In this document: positions 10,299 to 20,509 of the stretch, in pieces
Layout: every line of letters starts with the position of its first letter
Numbering within the stretch: the first letter of the stretch is position 1
Source: Candidatus Latescibacterota bacterium
Lineage (GTDB): Bacteria; Latescibacterota; UBA2968
Direction: 5' to 3'
Assembly (NCBI GenBank): GCA_965222605.1
Contig: OZ244960.1
Location: 1,664,001-1,728,000 of the forward strand
DNA length: 64,000 bases
Made by a program: the position numbers and the translations under genes
The notes under the pieces: generated by a model
Seen by the model: only the letters and a program-made list of their open reading frames with translations
The model's database searches: none
Told to the model about the DNA's origin: nothing

Positions 10299-10375
10299 GC
10301 CTTGCAACTTCCACAAAACCAAAGACATTTTTTATGTATGCATCAGATCTTTCTGGAGATGAGGCAAAGGACTTT

Positions 10376-11740
10376 ATGACAACAGATCAAATCAGAGCGC
10401 GTCTTGAAAGCGACAAAATAAAAAAAATTAAACTCGCCGGCTTCGATATCGATGGCGTTATGCGCGGCAAATACATATCGCTCGACAAGTTCTTTTCTGC
10501 CATCGAAAAGGGCCTGGGCTTCTGTGATGTAACATTTGGCTGGGACATAAGCGATCAACTCTACGAACAACCGACCGTCACAGGCTGGCACACCGGATAC
10601 CCAGATCTCCTCGCCAAAATTGACCTGAATACATATCGCGTAATACCCTGGGAGCCGAATACCGCGTTATTTTTACTCGACTTTTACGAAAACAAAAATC
10701 AGCCACTTGCGGTATCCCCGCGCCAACTGCTCCAAACAGTCGTTCGCAAAGCGAATGACATGGAATTTCAGCCATTCATGTCAGCAGAATACGAATACTT
10801 CATCTTTCGGGAAACGCCCCACTCCCTTGAGGACAAAGGATTTGAAAATATGACGCCACTCTCGCCCGGCTGGTTTGGCTACAGTGTGTTGCGGGCATCT
10901 GCGGCTTCAGAATTTGTTCACGCAATAATCGATGGAATGGAAGCGTATGACGTTGAACTGGAAGGGATACACACCGAAACCGGACCCGGCGTATATGAAA
11001 CCGCGATTCGTTACGACACGGCATGCAACGCCGCAGACAAAGCCGCGCTATTCAAAACGGGTGTGAAAGAGATACTCTCCAGACACGGACTCGTGGCAAC
11101 CTTTATGGCGAGGTGGAGTCCAGACTACCCCGGCTGCAGCGGACACCTGCACCAGAGCTTGTGGAATTTAGAGGGAGATACAAATCTATTTGCCGATGAA
11201 TCAGATCCACTGGGTATGTCTCAAATAATGAAACACTATATCGCGGGACAAATCGCTACAATGCCCCACATGATGGCACTGATATGCCCGACCATCAACT
11301 CCTACAAGCGGACAGTCCCCGGAGCCTGGGCGCCAACCAACGCCTCCTGGGGCATTGAAAATCGAACCGCATCTCTCCGCGCGATTCCCAGTACATCCCC
11401 TGAATCCACACGCACCGAATATCGACTGGCCGGCGCCGACGCCAATCCCCATATCTCGATGGCGGCCAGCCTTGCCGCTGGGCTATACGGCATAGAGCAC
11501 CAACTCGACCCCGGTGAACCATTCACGGGAAATGCCTACGAAGCCCCCGAAGGGCGATTTGAGCCTTTGCCAAAATCACTTGAAGAAGCGACAGACCGGT
11601 TAAAAAATAGCGAAATTAGCCGTGCCTGCCTCGGCGATGCATTTGTAGATCACTTCGCAATCACACGCGAACACGAAATTGCGGAATATCGCCGTGCCAT
11701 AACGGATTGGGAACTCAAACGATACTTTGAGATCATCTAA
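10376..11740 (+). CDS. Glutamine synthetase family protein (gamma-glutamyl ligase-like)
   Basis: DGVMRGK, EYEYF, HTETGPGVYE, GHLHQSL, NSYKR, WGIENR; AAAGGA RBS before 10376. Confidence 0.88.
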   Translation: MTTDQIRARLESDKIKKIKLAGFDIDGVMRGKYISLDKFFSAIEKGLGFCDVTFGWDISDQLYEQPTVTGWHTGYPDLLAKIDLNTYRVIPWEPNTALFLLDFYENKNQPLAVSPRQLLQTVVRKANDMEFQPFMSAEYEYFIFRETPHSLEDKGFENMTPLSPGWFGYSVLRASAASEFVHAIIDGMEAYDVELEGIHTETGPGVYETAIRYDTACNAADKAALFKTGVKEILSRHGLVATFMARWSPDYPGCSGHLHQSLWNLEGDTNLFADESDPLGMSQIMKHYIAGQIATMPHMMALICPTINSYKRTVPGAWAPTNASWGIENRTASLRAIPSTSPESTRTEYRLAGADANPHISMAASLAAGLYGIEHQLDPGEPFTGNAYEAPEGRFEPLPKSLEEATDRLKNSEISRACLGDAFVDHFAITREHEIAEYRRAITDWELKRYFEII

Positions 11741-13254
11741 TTCCTAATTCCCCTACCAAACACCTCTACAATATAATGTCCCACCCGCAAGGCATTTGCC
11801 GCAATCGTCAAACTCGGATTGACGCCGCCAGATGTGGGAAACACGCTCCCATCCGTCACAAACAAATTGCCAATCCCGCGAAACTGGCAATTTTCGTCCA
11901 GCACACTCGTCTCTTCATCATCGCCCATACGCACTGACCCCACGCCATGAGAAAAGGTGTCAATGCGATACGTATGAAAAAAAACCGCGCCCGACGCGCG
12001 TAAAATCCCCTTGGCCTTTTCCACCAGATAATTGCGGCGTTCGCAATCCCGCGCTGTGTACTGATGCACGACCTGTGCGCGGCTAATTCCATAAACATCC
12101 TTCTCATCTGCCAGCGCGACGCGATTTTCAAACTGTGGCTCATCCTCGGCAACGCACAACAGATTTTGCAAAAAGCCAGCAGCCATTGCCGTGAGATTTT
12201 TAAGTCCAAAAGGCGCGTGGTACTTCAGCGCTATGGGCGGCGGTGTGTAAATATCCTGAATCACCCCAACAGCGCGACCATCCTGCCCTCGACAATCCTC
12301 GTAAAAATCCGAAAAACACACTTGCTTGTGAAACACCCGCTCCGGATTCGTGCGAAACGGAAACACGCCCGCCACAACGGCATTGCAATGGCGCATCAGA
12401 AAACGCCCAATCAAATCGCCCTGCGGAAACGAATGCAACTCTGACCGCAACAAAATAGCCGGACTTTGCAATGCCCCCGCAGCGACAACAGCAACAGATG
12501 CGGGCACTTCAAACGCCCTTTTTGTTCGCCGATCCACACACGCCACAGCGCGCACGCGCCCCTTTTCACAAATAACACGCGCGACCTGCACGCCCGTCAA
12601 AATCTCAGCCCCTGCATCTTGTGCCAATTTGAGCAACGTCATAGTCAGATCATTTTTAGCCTCAATTTGACACGGAAAACCATCGCAGGTCAAACATCGG
12701 ATACACACGGTTCGCGCCCGATCCGAAAAATTGATCGCCAATGGCATGCGAAAAGGCCGATACCCCAGCGCACATCCAGCATCCCAAATGCGCTGTGCAG
12801 GGCGGGTGAGTTCAATAGGCGGATACAAATAGTCCCCTGTGCGCGGCGGCTCGCACGGATCGACATCCGCCTCTCCATGCACTTCCAACAAGCGCTCGAC
12901 ACAATCGTAATGCGGAGCCAGATCCCCATACAAAATTGGCCACGCGACCAAATCTTCTTCGCGCAGCCTCAGCGATGCCCCACCGTAAAACACGGACATC
13001 CCACCAACCACTTCATTCTCGACCACATCTGAAAAATCGCGGTCCTCATATTGCCTGACGCGAAGCGGTGATGGCCCCTGATAGCGTTTCTCAACCAGCA
13101 CAGAACGGGGATCCCAATCCTCTGCATCGCGTCTTGCCCAATCGCCCCGTTCCAACAGTAAAACCTTCATGCCAGCCGCAGCCAACACATAAGCGCAGGC
13201 ACTACCTCCAAATCCCGTACCGATAATAACGGCGTCGTAATCGTTAAAATTCAT
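11737..13254 (-). CDS. GMC family oxidoreductase with Cys-rich Fe-S motif
   Basis: GTGFGG, VGGMSVFYGG, CIRCLTCDGFPC, HGVGSVRMG, VNPSLTIAANA. Confidence 0.88.
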   Translation of the reverse strand: MNFNDYDAVIIGTGFGGSACAYVLAAAGMKVLLLERGDWARRDAEDWDPRSVLVEKRYQGPSPLRVRQYEDRDFSDVVENEVVGGMSVFYGGASLRLREEDLVAWPILYGDLAPHYDCVERLLEVHGEADVDPCEPPRTGDYLYPPIELTRPAQRIWDAGCALGYRPFRMPLAINFSDRARTVCIRCLTCDGFPCQIEAKNDLTMTLLKLAQDAGAEILTGVQVARVICEKGRVRAVACVDRRTKRAFEVPASVAVVAAGALQSPAILLRSELHSFPQGDLIGRFLMRHCNAVVAGVFPFRTNPERVFHKQVCFSDFYEDCRGQDGRAVGVIQDIYTPPPIALKYHAPFGLKNLTAMAAGFLQNLLCVAEDEPQFENRVALADEKDVYGISRAQVVHQYTARDCERRNYLVEKAKGILRASGAVFFHTYRIDTFSHGVGSVRMGDDEETSVLDENCQFRGIGNLFVTDGSVFPTSGGVNPSLTIAANALRVGHYIVEVFGRGIRN

Positions 13255-14045
13255 TATACCTCAAACACAGACAATACAATTAAACCAATAATAATGACAA
13301 GTGCCCCGTAATGAAATTTTTCTCGGGTATCAATACACCGCTGAATCTGCGGCAAATCGGGGCGAAATTTACCCGACATAGTACGCTGAATATAAGTCTT
13401 GTAATACTCCACAACAAAACGCTCCAACCCACCATTCATATAAACCAGAAATCCCAACGATATGGGATACACGGGATCATTGAGAAAATAGAACAGCGGC
13501 GAACAAATCGCCAGCACCAGGCCCGACCGCTGAAACTTCAAAATTTTAAATCCCTCAAACGGCGCGTCTTTATACGCCCCGCCAAGCGACACCAGCAGGC
13601 CCGTGATATAAGCCGTCAGAAGAAATACCCAGAACATCGTCACAGGCGCGGGAATCAACAACACGGCAAAAACGCCCAGCACCAGCACAGTACCAACCGC
13701 ATAACGCAGCAAATCGCTCGCAACATACCGCCCAAAAAACGTAATGCGCGAAGGCACAAAATACTTATCCTGATCTTCCGTGCGAAAAAACCCCTTGTAG
13801 AGCTCGGCCAAGAACCGCTCCAACCCCATAATCAGAAAAAAAATCTGAACCCATCCCAATGCGAAAAAACTCGCCTCAAAAATCGGTACAAAATACAACA
13901 CCGCAAAAATCACAACATGAAAATAAATACTCCTCGGAAACGTCCTGGGCTTAAAATCCTCATAAGGCGAATCCTTGAACGCCCCCCACAAAGACGTATA
14001 AAGTCCAGATACAATACTCACGCCCAGGCCAATATAGAAATTCAT
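13254..14045 (-). CDS. Integral membrane protein with internal two-fold repeat, family not recognised
   Basis: GAFKDSPYEDF...GLERFLAELYK is repeated as GAYKDAPFEGF...GLERFVVEYYK. Confidence 0.75.
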   Translation of the reverse strand: MNFYIGLGVSIVSGLYTSLWGAFKDSPYEDFKPRTFPRSIYFHVVIFAVLYFVPIFEASFFALGWVQIFFLIMGLERFLAELYKGFFRTEDQDKYFVPSRITFFGRYVASDLLRYAVGTVLVLGVFAVLLIPAPVTMFWVFLLTAYITGLLVSLGGAYKDAPFEGFKILKFQRSGLVLAICSPLFYFLNDPVYPISLGFLVYMNGGLERFVVEYYKTYIQRTMSGKFRPDLPQIQRCIDTREKFHYGALVIIIGLIVLSVFEV

Positions 14046-14073
14046 AGCTATAATTCCGATCCGAGTGATTCCT

Positions 14074-16521
14074 CTACGTCACCTTTTTTCCCTCACGCTC
14101 ATTGCCGCCCTCTCCACGTCGCATCCGCCCCCCTTCAAGCACTTCCAAAATAGCGGGCAACACCAGCACGGCAGCCACAAAACAAGTCCACAAACCAATC
14201 AACGCCAATCGCCCAATCGAATTGAGGCCGGGATGTGCCGCCATCATCAACCCAAAAAAGCCCACCATCGTCGTCAGCATGGAAATGAACATCGCCCCAC
14301 CAGTGCTCCTGATCACCACAGGCATAGATCCGGGACCCTCCTCTCGATACCGGTGATAGAGATGTACCCCATTATCAATTCCCATACCAATGATAGTGGG
14401 CAACGCGACCATATTGTAGAAATTGAGCTTCAAATCCTGCAAATACAGCGAACCACACATCCACACAGTACCGCAGGCAAGAGGAAAAATCACCAGCAAA
14501 GCAGAGCGTAAACTGCGAAAATCAGCCAGCACAATGAGCAACACGACAATCACCGTCAGCGAGATCGCACGCGGACTATCGCGCAGCATCAAGCGCAACA
14601 TATCGGCAAAAATAATATTAGAACTCGACGAATAAAACACCTTTCCCGATGCGGTGTGAATCTCGTGTGAATCTTCGGCAAATGCAATGGCATTTTTCCC
14701 ATCGCGCAACTGCACACTCGGTAAAATTTGTGCAAAATACGCCTGACTCCCATCAATAGTCTTAAATTTTCTCAATAAATTTTCGGGCAAATCCTCAACC
14801 GAAAGCCTTTTGACATTCAACAAATCGCGCAGAGAATCGAGCTTTGCCTTTTGCTCTCCCTTGATCAAATTCGCGCCCTCGCCATTGGTCAACGCGCGAA
14901 TTTCCCCAATAATATCCAGCTTCTCATCTTGACCGCGCAGCTCTGTCCAGAGTGTTTTAACTTTGTCAATCGTCGGCGTTGGATCATCTTCCGATATTTT
15001 CTTTTCCAATGCGGCCACAATTTCATCGAGTTCCGCTTTGCTATCCGCCAGCACAATGCCATAAGACTGCGATTCACTGCCGTATTTCGGAATCGTCGCC
15101 ATCTTTTGTTTTACTTTCACCGATGCGGGCAAGTTGGAACGCAAATTGGTAAAATCGTATTCAAAATCTATATCGCGCAAATGAATACCCAGATATATTG
15201 TGAGGATCAACGCACCGGCAAGCACCAACTTTGGATATGGAAAATGTCCCCTGCTACCGCCCCAATTGTGTCCCCACACATGCCGCATGCGAATCCACAT
15301 GAACTTTTGATCCGCCAGCACCAGCACAGCGGGCAATACAGTCGTCATCGATACCAGCGACATCAAAATACCCGTGCCCACAATAAAACCAAACTCGGAA
15401 AACCCCCTGAAATCTGTCAGCGTCAGAAAAAAGAACGCAATTGACGTGGTTATCGCCGCCGTCAAAATAGCCTGTCCAGTCTGACTCAGCATCGTCTCTA
15501 TGGACATCCGTACATCCGTCTTATCCATGCGAACTTCGAGATATCGCGCAAACATGTGAATACCAAAATCGATCCCCAGTCCAAACAAAATCACAAATAG
15601 AAAAGCCGTCATAGTATTCAAATTGCCGATAACCCAATAGGTAATGGCAAACGCCCAGATCAAGCCCATTGCCAGCGGAATAGCCACAAAAAAAGCCGCC
15701 AATGGTTGGCGGAAATAAAACGTCAAAAGCGCGACAATACCCACGACACCAAATATCAACGTCGAACGCACATCGCTTAAAATGGTATCGTATTCGTCAA
15801 TTTTATTCTTAAACGGTCCCCCGTATTCAATCAACATCTGAGGATGATACGCGCGCGGATTCACCTTCTTGACCGCCTGCTGGATCACCTGCTGCATATC
15901 TTTGGCAAAACCGATATTGCTCACCGTACCTGCTGCCATCGCCTCCAATGCCAGAATGGTGCGGTCGGGATTGGTATAATACGTCTCATCCCCATTATCT
16001 GCCGTGCGATACTTCGACTCAATATCCGAAAAATCGAGCACGGCTTCTTCTTCATCAAGAGAAATATACAACGGCGACAGCTTCAACTTTTCCTGGATAA
16101 TATAATCATCTATGCGTGTGAGAATCTCATCCAAATCATCCGTTTCCATAAACAACAGCGCATTTTTGCGATAAAATTCCGCATCTCGCTTGTAATCGAC
16201 AAAGTTGATATAGGTCTCGTATTTTTCATCCTGTAATTCATGTGCCAGATCCTCGGCAAAACGCCTATTTGCCTCAAAATCGGGACTCTGTACCAAAACC
16301 ACCAAACTGCCCACACCACCCACGCGCTGTTTGATCTCATTGAGCGTCTTCACACTCTGATAATTTTCCGGAATCAGAGCAACGAGATCCGTCTCGAGTT
16401 TGCGTCCGAGCCTGTACACAAAAATACTGCAAAAAGCCGTCAACAAAATCGACACCACAAGAATACCTTTGTAGTGCCGATAAGTCCACCCCGCCAAAAA
16501 ACGAAGCACCACTTCAACCAA
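14074..16521 (-). CDS. MMPL/RND family transporter (HpnN-like lipid exporter)
   Basis: Two TM blocks with GLGIDFGIH and GMGIDNGVH, two periplasmic domains. Confidence 0.9.
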   Translation of the reverse strand: MVEVVLRFLAGWTYRHYKGILVVSILLTAFCSIFVYRLGRKLETDLVALIPENYQSVKTLNEIKQRVGGVGSLVVLVQSPDFEANRRFAEDLAHELQDEKYETYINFVDYKRDAEFYRKNALLFMETDDLDEILTRIDDYIIQEKLKLSPLYISLDEEEAVLDFSDIESKYRTADNGDETYYTNPDRTILALEAMAAGTVSNIGFAKDMQQVIQQAVKKVNPRAYHPQMLIEYGGPFKNKIDEYDTILSDVRSTLIFGVVGIVALLTFYFRQPLAAFFVAIPLAMGLIWAFAITYWVIGNLNTMTAFLFVILFGLGIDFGIHMFARYLEVRMDKTDVRMSIETMLSQTGQAILTAAITTSIAFFFLTLTDFRGFSEFGFIVGTGILMSLVSMTTVLPAVLVLADQKFMWIRMRHVWGHNWGGSRGHFPYPKLVLAGALILTIYLGIHLRDIDFEYDFTNLRSNLPASVKVKQKMATIPKYGSESQSYGIVLADSKAELDEIVAALEKKISEDDPTPTIDKVKTLWTELRGQDEKLDIIGEIRALTNGEGANLIKGEQKAKLDSLRDLLNVKRLSVEDLPENLLRKFKTIDGSQAYFAQILPSVQLRDGKNAIAFAEDSHEIHTASGKVFYSSSSNIIFADMLRLMLRDSPRAISLTVIVVLLIVLADFRSLRSALLVIFPLACGTVWMCGSLYLQDLKLNFYNMVALPTIIGMGIDNGVHLYHRYREEGPGSMPVVIRSTGGAMFISMLTTMVGFFGLMMAAHPGLNSIGRLALIGLWTCFVAAVLVLPAILEVLEGGRMRRGEGGNEREGKKVT

Positions 16522-16535
16522 TGAATGCCACCTTT

Positions 16536-17132
16536 CTAATCCGACGTATCTTCACCCAGTTTTTCTTTTAACTTATCCATCAAGCCAGCAAAAGAAGACT
16601 TGCGAATCTCCCGGCGAAACTGCGACCGGTTGCTGCGCGCAACACTCAACTCATCGATGACCATATCGTAAATCAACCACTTGCCATCAACGAGATGCAA
16701 TTTATAGTCAATCGTACTCGACTCGCGCCTGTAATACACCACTGTTTTGACAATCGCCTGTGTGCTATCAACCTCGACACCCGTATAGTCGATCTTTTCT
16801 GCTTTCGTATATAACGCGGGATCGGCGTAATTTCTCTCGATCAACTGCCTGTTCACAGCCACAAAATCGGCTCGCTCTTCTTCTGTTCGCGCCGTCCAAT
16901 CTCGTCCGAGGGACTCCCGGCTAAATGTTTCAAAATCGAACAACTCACCGACAATAGCTTTAAGCGCAGCGCGCTCTTCAGCCGTACCGCCCCCGGTTTC
17001 TGAACGCACAATATCCTGAATCGCCCGATCGCGGCTCTTCACCATCTCGAGCAGCGCATCGCCCTGATCAGACGCACCCGCCACACCCATCAAAACGAGC
17101 GTCAGAAACGCAGGTCTAAACAATGAAATCAT
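16536..17132 (-). CDS. MlaC/Ttg2D/HpnM-like periplasmic lipid-binding protein
   Basis: Signal peptide; FDFETFSRESLGRDW, IDYKL, WLIYDMVIDELSVARSNRSQF. Confidence 0.85.
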   Translation of the reverse strand: MISLFRPAFLTLVLMGVAGASDQGDALLEMVKSRDRAIQDIVRSETGGGTAEERAALKAIVGELFDFETFSRESLGRDWTARTEEERADFVAVNRQLIERNYADPALYTKAEKIDYTGVEVDSTQAIVKTVVYYRRESSTIDYKLHLVDGKWLIYDMVIDELSVARSNRSQFRREIRKSSFAGLMDKLKEKLGEDTSD

Positions 17133-17413
17133 AATATATCGCCTATTAATATCAACAACTTGTTTGCAGACGGAATCTCCGTCGATTTTAATATCTTTCC
17201 CTCCCAAAGTCAAGGCAGCGGCAATTTGTCTTTGAGAAAGAGAGCTTAAGTATTAACAAAAATAAAGAACGCCTATTTTGCAACAAAATTCTCTAATGAT
17301 CTTTAAAAAAATACAGCGAAAGATTTTATCGGGATAATGGCGTACAAACAAACTTCTGTTGAAGTTGTACACCGCTCCAACAGAAGTTTATCCCAATTCA
17401 GACAGGGTTTGCA

Positions 17414-18868
17414 TCAATCAGCTTTCTCTCCCAACTTCCCCTCATCCACATTCAAAGCACCGCGCGCGCGAAGCATCTGCCCGCCAAAGCCAAAAATACC
17501 CGCCGTCAACAGCGCGGAACCAATCACGAGAAACCAGTACATACCCTCAATACTATTGGCGACAGATAGTGTGCAAAAGAAAGCGGCAAAAAAATCGCGG
17601 CGACTCACAAATTTGAGCGACATACAAAAACGGTGAAAAAACCCGCGTTCACTCTCGGGAACATCGCTCGAAAACGCCATATTAAAACTCACAATACTGC
17701 CGGACCCCACCACTTTCATATAAAGAAAAATCAGCAACACCCCCAACACATCGAGAAAAACCATCACACCGCCCAGCAGGGGATAAAATGCCTCGCCCGT
17801 ATATTCGTACATCCCGGCGAGCACCGCGATAAAAAACACGAGATAAGATACATTATCCGCCAGCGTATCGACCCACTCGCCCAGGCGAGAACCCATAAAT
17901 TTTAATTTGGCAATCTCGCCATCGCACCCATCTACGATAGACGCAAACTGAAATAACAGCCCACCCAGTGCCAGATGCAAATAACTCGCACTCCCCTTAA
18001 AAACCAGCCACGCCGACAAAAAACTCAACAACATCGTCGCAATCGACAACTGATTTGGCGTAATAGGTGTATGCACGAGCAGGCGAGAAATGCGCGTGGA
18101 AATTTTGCGATTGAAATAACGCGACACAAAGCCATCGGTCGGCTTGCCAAGCCTGCGAAACATCTCCTGCTCGGCGTGGACATGCGCCTCGGGCGTATCC
18201 ACATCGAGCCAAAACGCGCCATCGATATCCGCAGTCCGCATACTGCCTTTCTCAGCCAAAACGCGAATTCCCCCCGACAATGACCCCTCGCCCTCTGCAA
18301 CAGACTGCTCAAGCGCGCCAAACAAAAACGGACTGCACAGAAAAATCCCCGTATCCACCGCATTGAAATCGGCCAACTCTTTTCCAATTTTGACCACGCG
18401 ATGATTCTGTGTCATCACCTTCGTGGCATCTTCCATATCAAAAATGCCATCGATATCTGTATCGACACACAGCACAGCTTCATCCCGTCCAACCGGCATA
18501 CGACGCAACTTGACCAGTATTTCGGGATCAAACAGATGATCGGACATCAAAAGAATAAACGGCTCATCGACATATTCCCTGGCACTCAATACCGACACCC
18601 CATTGCCGCGCGCCCATTCCTTATTTTGAACCCAATCAATTGCCACACCCGAAAGCTGAGGATCATCGGCAAGCGCGTGCATAATCTCGTGGCACCGATA
18701 CCCAACCACAACCACAAACTCTGAAATACCCGCGCGCATAGCCGACAAAATCGTGCGCTTGAGCAATGGCACGCCGGCCAGGGGAACGAGAGGCTTGGGC
18801 AAATCCGCCCCATAACCTCTCAACCGACTACCCATTCCGGCGGCAATAATTACAGCTTTATTCACCAT
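17414..18868 (-). CDS. Bifunctional NTP transferase / CDP-alcohol phosphotransferase (IPCT/DIPPS-like)
   Basis: AAGMGSRL..PKPL, GNGVS, MSDHLF, DATKV, IGK...VDTG; C-terminal DGFVSRYFNR, ITPNQ, DGCDGEIAK..G.WVDTLAD. Confidence 0.88.
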   Translation of the reverse strand: MVNKAVIIAAGMGSRLRGYGADLPKPLVPLAGVPLLKRTILSAMRAGISEFVVVVGYRCHEIMHALADDPQLSGVAIDWVQNKEWARGNGVSVLSAREYVDEPFILLMSDHLFDPEILVKLRRMPVGRDEAVLCVDTDIDGIFDMEDATKVMTQNHRVVKIGKELADFNAVDTGIFLCSPFLFGALEQSVAEGEGSLSGGIRVLAEKGSMRTADIDGAFWLDVDTPEAHVHAEQEMFRRLGKPTDGFVSRYFNRKISTRISRLLVHTPITPNQLSIATMLLSFLSAWLVFKGSASYLHLALGGLLFQFASIVDGCDGEIAKLKFMGSRLGEWVDTLADNVSYLVFFIAVLAGMYEYTGEAFYPLLGGVMVFLDVLGVLLIFLYMKVVGSGSIVSFNMAFSSDVPESERGFFHRFCMSLKFVSRRDFFAAFFCTLSVANSIEGMYWFLVIGSALLTAGIFGFGGQMLRARGALNVDEGKLGEKAD

Positions 18869-18902
18869 AACTCCTGCAACCTTTCGCAATATCCCGAGCG
18901 AA

Positions 18903-20258
18903 TTACAAAAGACTGCGCCCAACAGCCCGTTGTAATCTTACCCAGGATCGGTTAAAATTGAACACTGCTTCGTAATATTTGGCGCGAATAATGCCGTACT
19001 CTTTTGCGGCATCAATCATATCCGAAGCCTCTTCAAGCCCGGCATTAAACCCATCGCGAACCGATACAAACCACCGGCGGGTCGCCCGCCGCGCCTTGCT
19101 GGCAGCCGCCATATTCTTCTGTGCCTCGATCAACTCGCGGTAAATCTTCTCAATTTCAATTGCCACGCCCTTCTCAGCCAGTTGCTTCTGATACACCAAC
19201 TTCTGATATTCCAAACTCGCTTTCCGCGCCTTCGCCGACGCAAGCCCAAACGACAGCGACTGCCGAATACCTATCACCGCCCCTGCCTGCAAAATATTGA
19301 AATCATCTCTGGCGAAAGGACTTAGTTGATCGTCGCGGTTCGGTGCATAGCCATACTTAAATTGACCCGCAATAAATATCTGGGGATACTGCTCGCCTTT
19401 TGCCACCTGCACCAGGGATTCACGCACCTGCACAACAGCCTGCAACTGCTGCATATCCTCGCGCGCTCCCGCACGTTTGAGATAAAACTCAAGCGGCTCA
19501 ATCTCCACATCAACCGGCGTTAAAGGACCAGCAAGAGTCAGCGAATCCCCTTCGCTCAATCCCAAAAGCAGGCGCAGGGCAGACTCGGCAAGAGCTTTGG
19601 TTTTCGATACCTCGTGTAATTTTTCGCTCACATCAAAGGCAAACCGATCAATACGGCCCAGATCGGCATACGTAAAATCGCCTTCCTCTGCCTCCAGTTT
19701 CTCCGTCACAAAATCGCGCGCCGTTTGAAAATCACTTTGCGCCTCTAATGCCAGCGTCCACAAATCCTGCGTCAGTTGCAACCCAAAATACACCTCGGCA
19801 ACCTGAAGCTCCAGATCGCCCCGCGCCTTTCGCAGTCCCGCCTGCCGAGCCGTCACCCCTGCCATAGCTGCTGCTTTGGCCCCGGATAACTGACCAAATG
19901 TGAACAGAGGTTGTACAACCGTGGCCTCCGTACGCGTAAACACACTCAAATGACTCAGCATGGTATTGCCATCGAGCGCGTCACCGCGCGCTTCGGGCGA
20001 GGGACCAATAACAGACCGCAATTCAAACTGCGGCAAAAAGCGAACGGCATTGGCCTGATCTAATTGCGCCCGTGCAATATCGACATCAACCACTGCTGCA
20101 CGCACGCCGGGATGCACGCGCATAGCCCGTGCAATACTCGCAGACAAATCATAAGTTTCGGCGTGTACAGAATGCACACAGATAAAAATCCCCAACCCGG
20201 ACACACACAGCTTTAGCATGTGTGAAAAAACAACACACCTGTGGCATTTTAACAACAT
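18903..20258 (-). CDS. TolC family outer membrane protein
   Basis: Signal peptide; FLPQF, QPLFTFG, YPQIF repeats; CAGGAG RBS before 20258. Confidence 0.85.
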   Translation of the reverse strand: MLLKCHRCVVFSHMLKLCVSGLGIFICVHSVHAETYDLSASIARAMRVHPGVRAAVVDVDIARAQLDQANAVRFLPQFELRSVIGPSPEARGDALDGNTMLSHLSVFTRTEATVVQPLFTFGQLSGAKAAAMAGVTARQAGLRKARGDLELQVAEVYFGLQLTQDLWTLALEAQSDFQTARDFVTEKLEAEEGDFTYADLGRIDRFAFDVSEKLHEVSKTKALAESALRLLLGLSEGDSLTLAGPLTPVDVEIEPLEFYLKRAGAREDMQQLQAVVQVRESLVQVAKGEQYPQIFIAGQFKYGYAPNRDDQLSPFARDDFNILQAGAVIGIRQSLSFGLASAKARKASLEYQKLVYQKQLAEKGVAIEIEKIYRELIEAQKNMAAASKARRATRRWFVSVRDGFNAGLEEASDMIDAAKEYGIIRAKYYEAVFNFNRSWVRLQRAVGRSLL

Positions 20259-20366
20259 ATCTCTCCTGAACTCCGGCGAAAATTCAGATCTATAAAAATA
20301 TATACCTATATAAAACAAATATTTAGAAATAACATTCAACAGACACATAATATCTTCCCCTATATA

Positions 20367-20382
20367 AGCGAAATTCGTGCCA
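20367..20382 (-). promoter_or_regulatory. Putative sigma-54 (-24/-12) promoter
   Basis: TGGCACGAATTTCGCT on the minus strand (GG-N10-GC), about 110 bp upstream of the TolC start in an AT-rich intergenic region. Confidence 0.65.
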
Positions 20383-20509
20383 ACGTAAAAATCTAAAAAA
20401 AACCGGACAAAAGCCCGGTTAGCTACCATCAACCTTTAGAGTTCAGCTATACTAACGTTTTGCTCCGCGAGTAGTTCCCTTCCATCCGCTCCAGGGCAAA
20501 ACAAAATAT

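Noticed and set aside
10376-11740. Housekeeping glnA
   Set aside because: Sequence resembles the gamma-glutamyl-amine ligase-like GS paralogs, so no gene symbol was assigned
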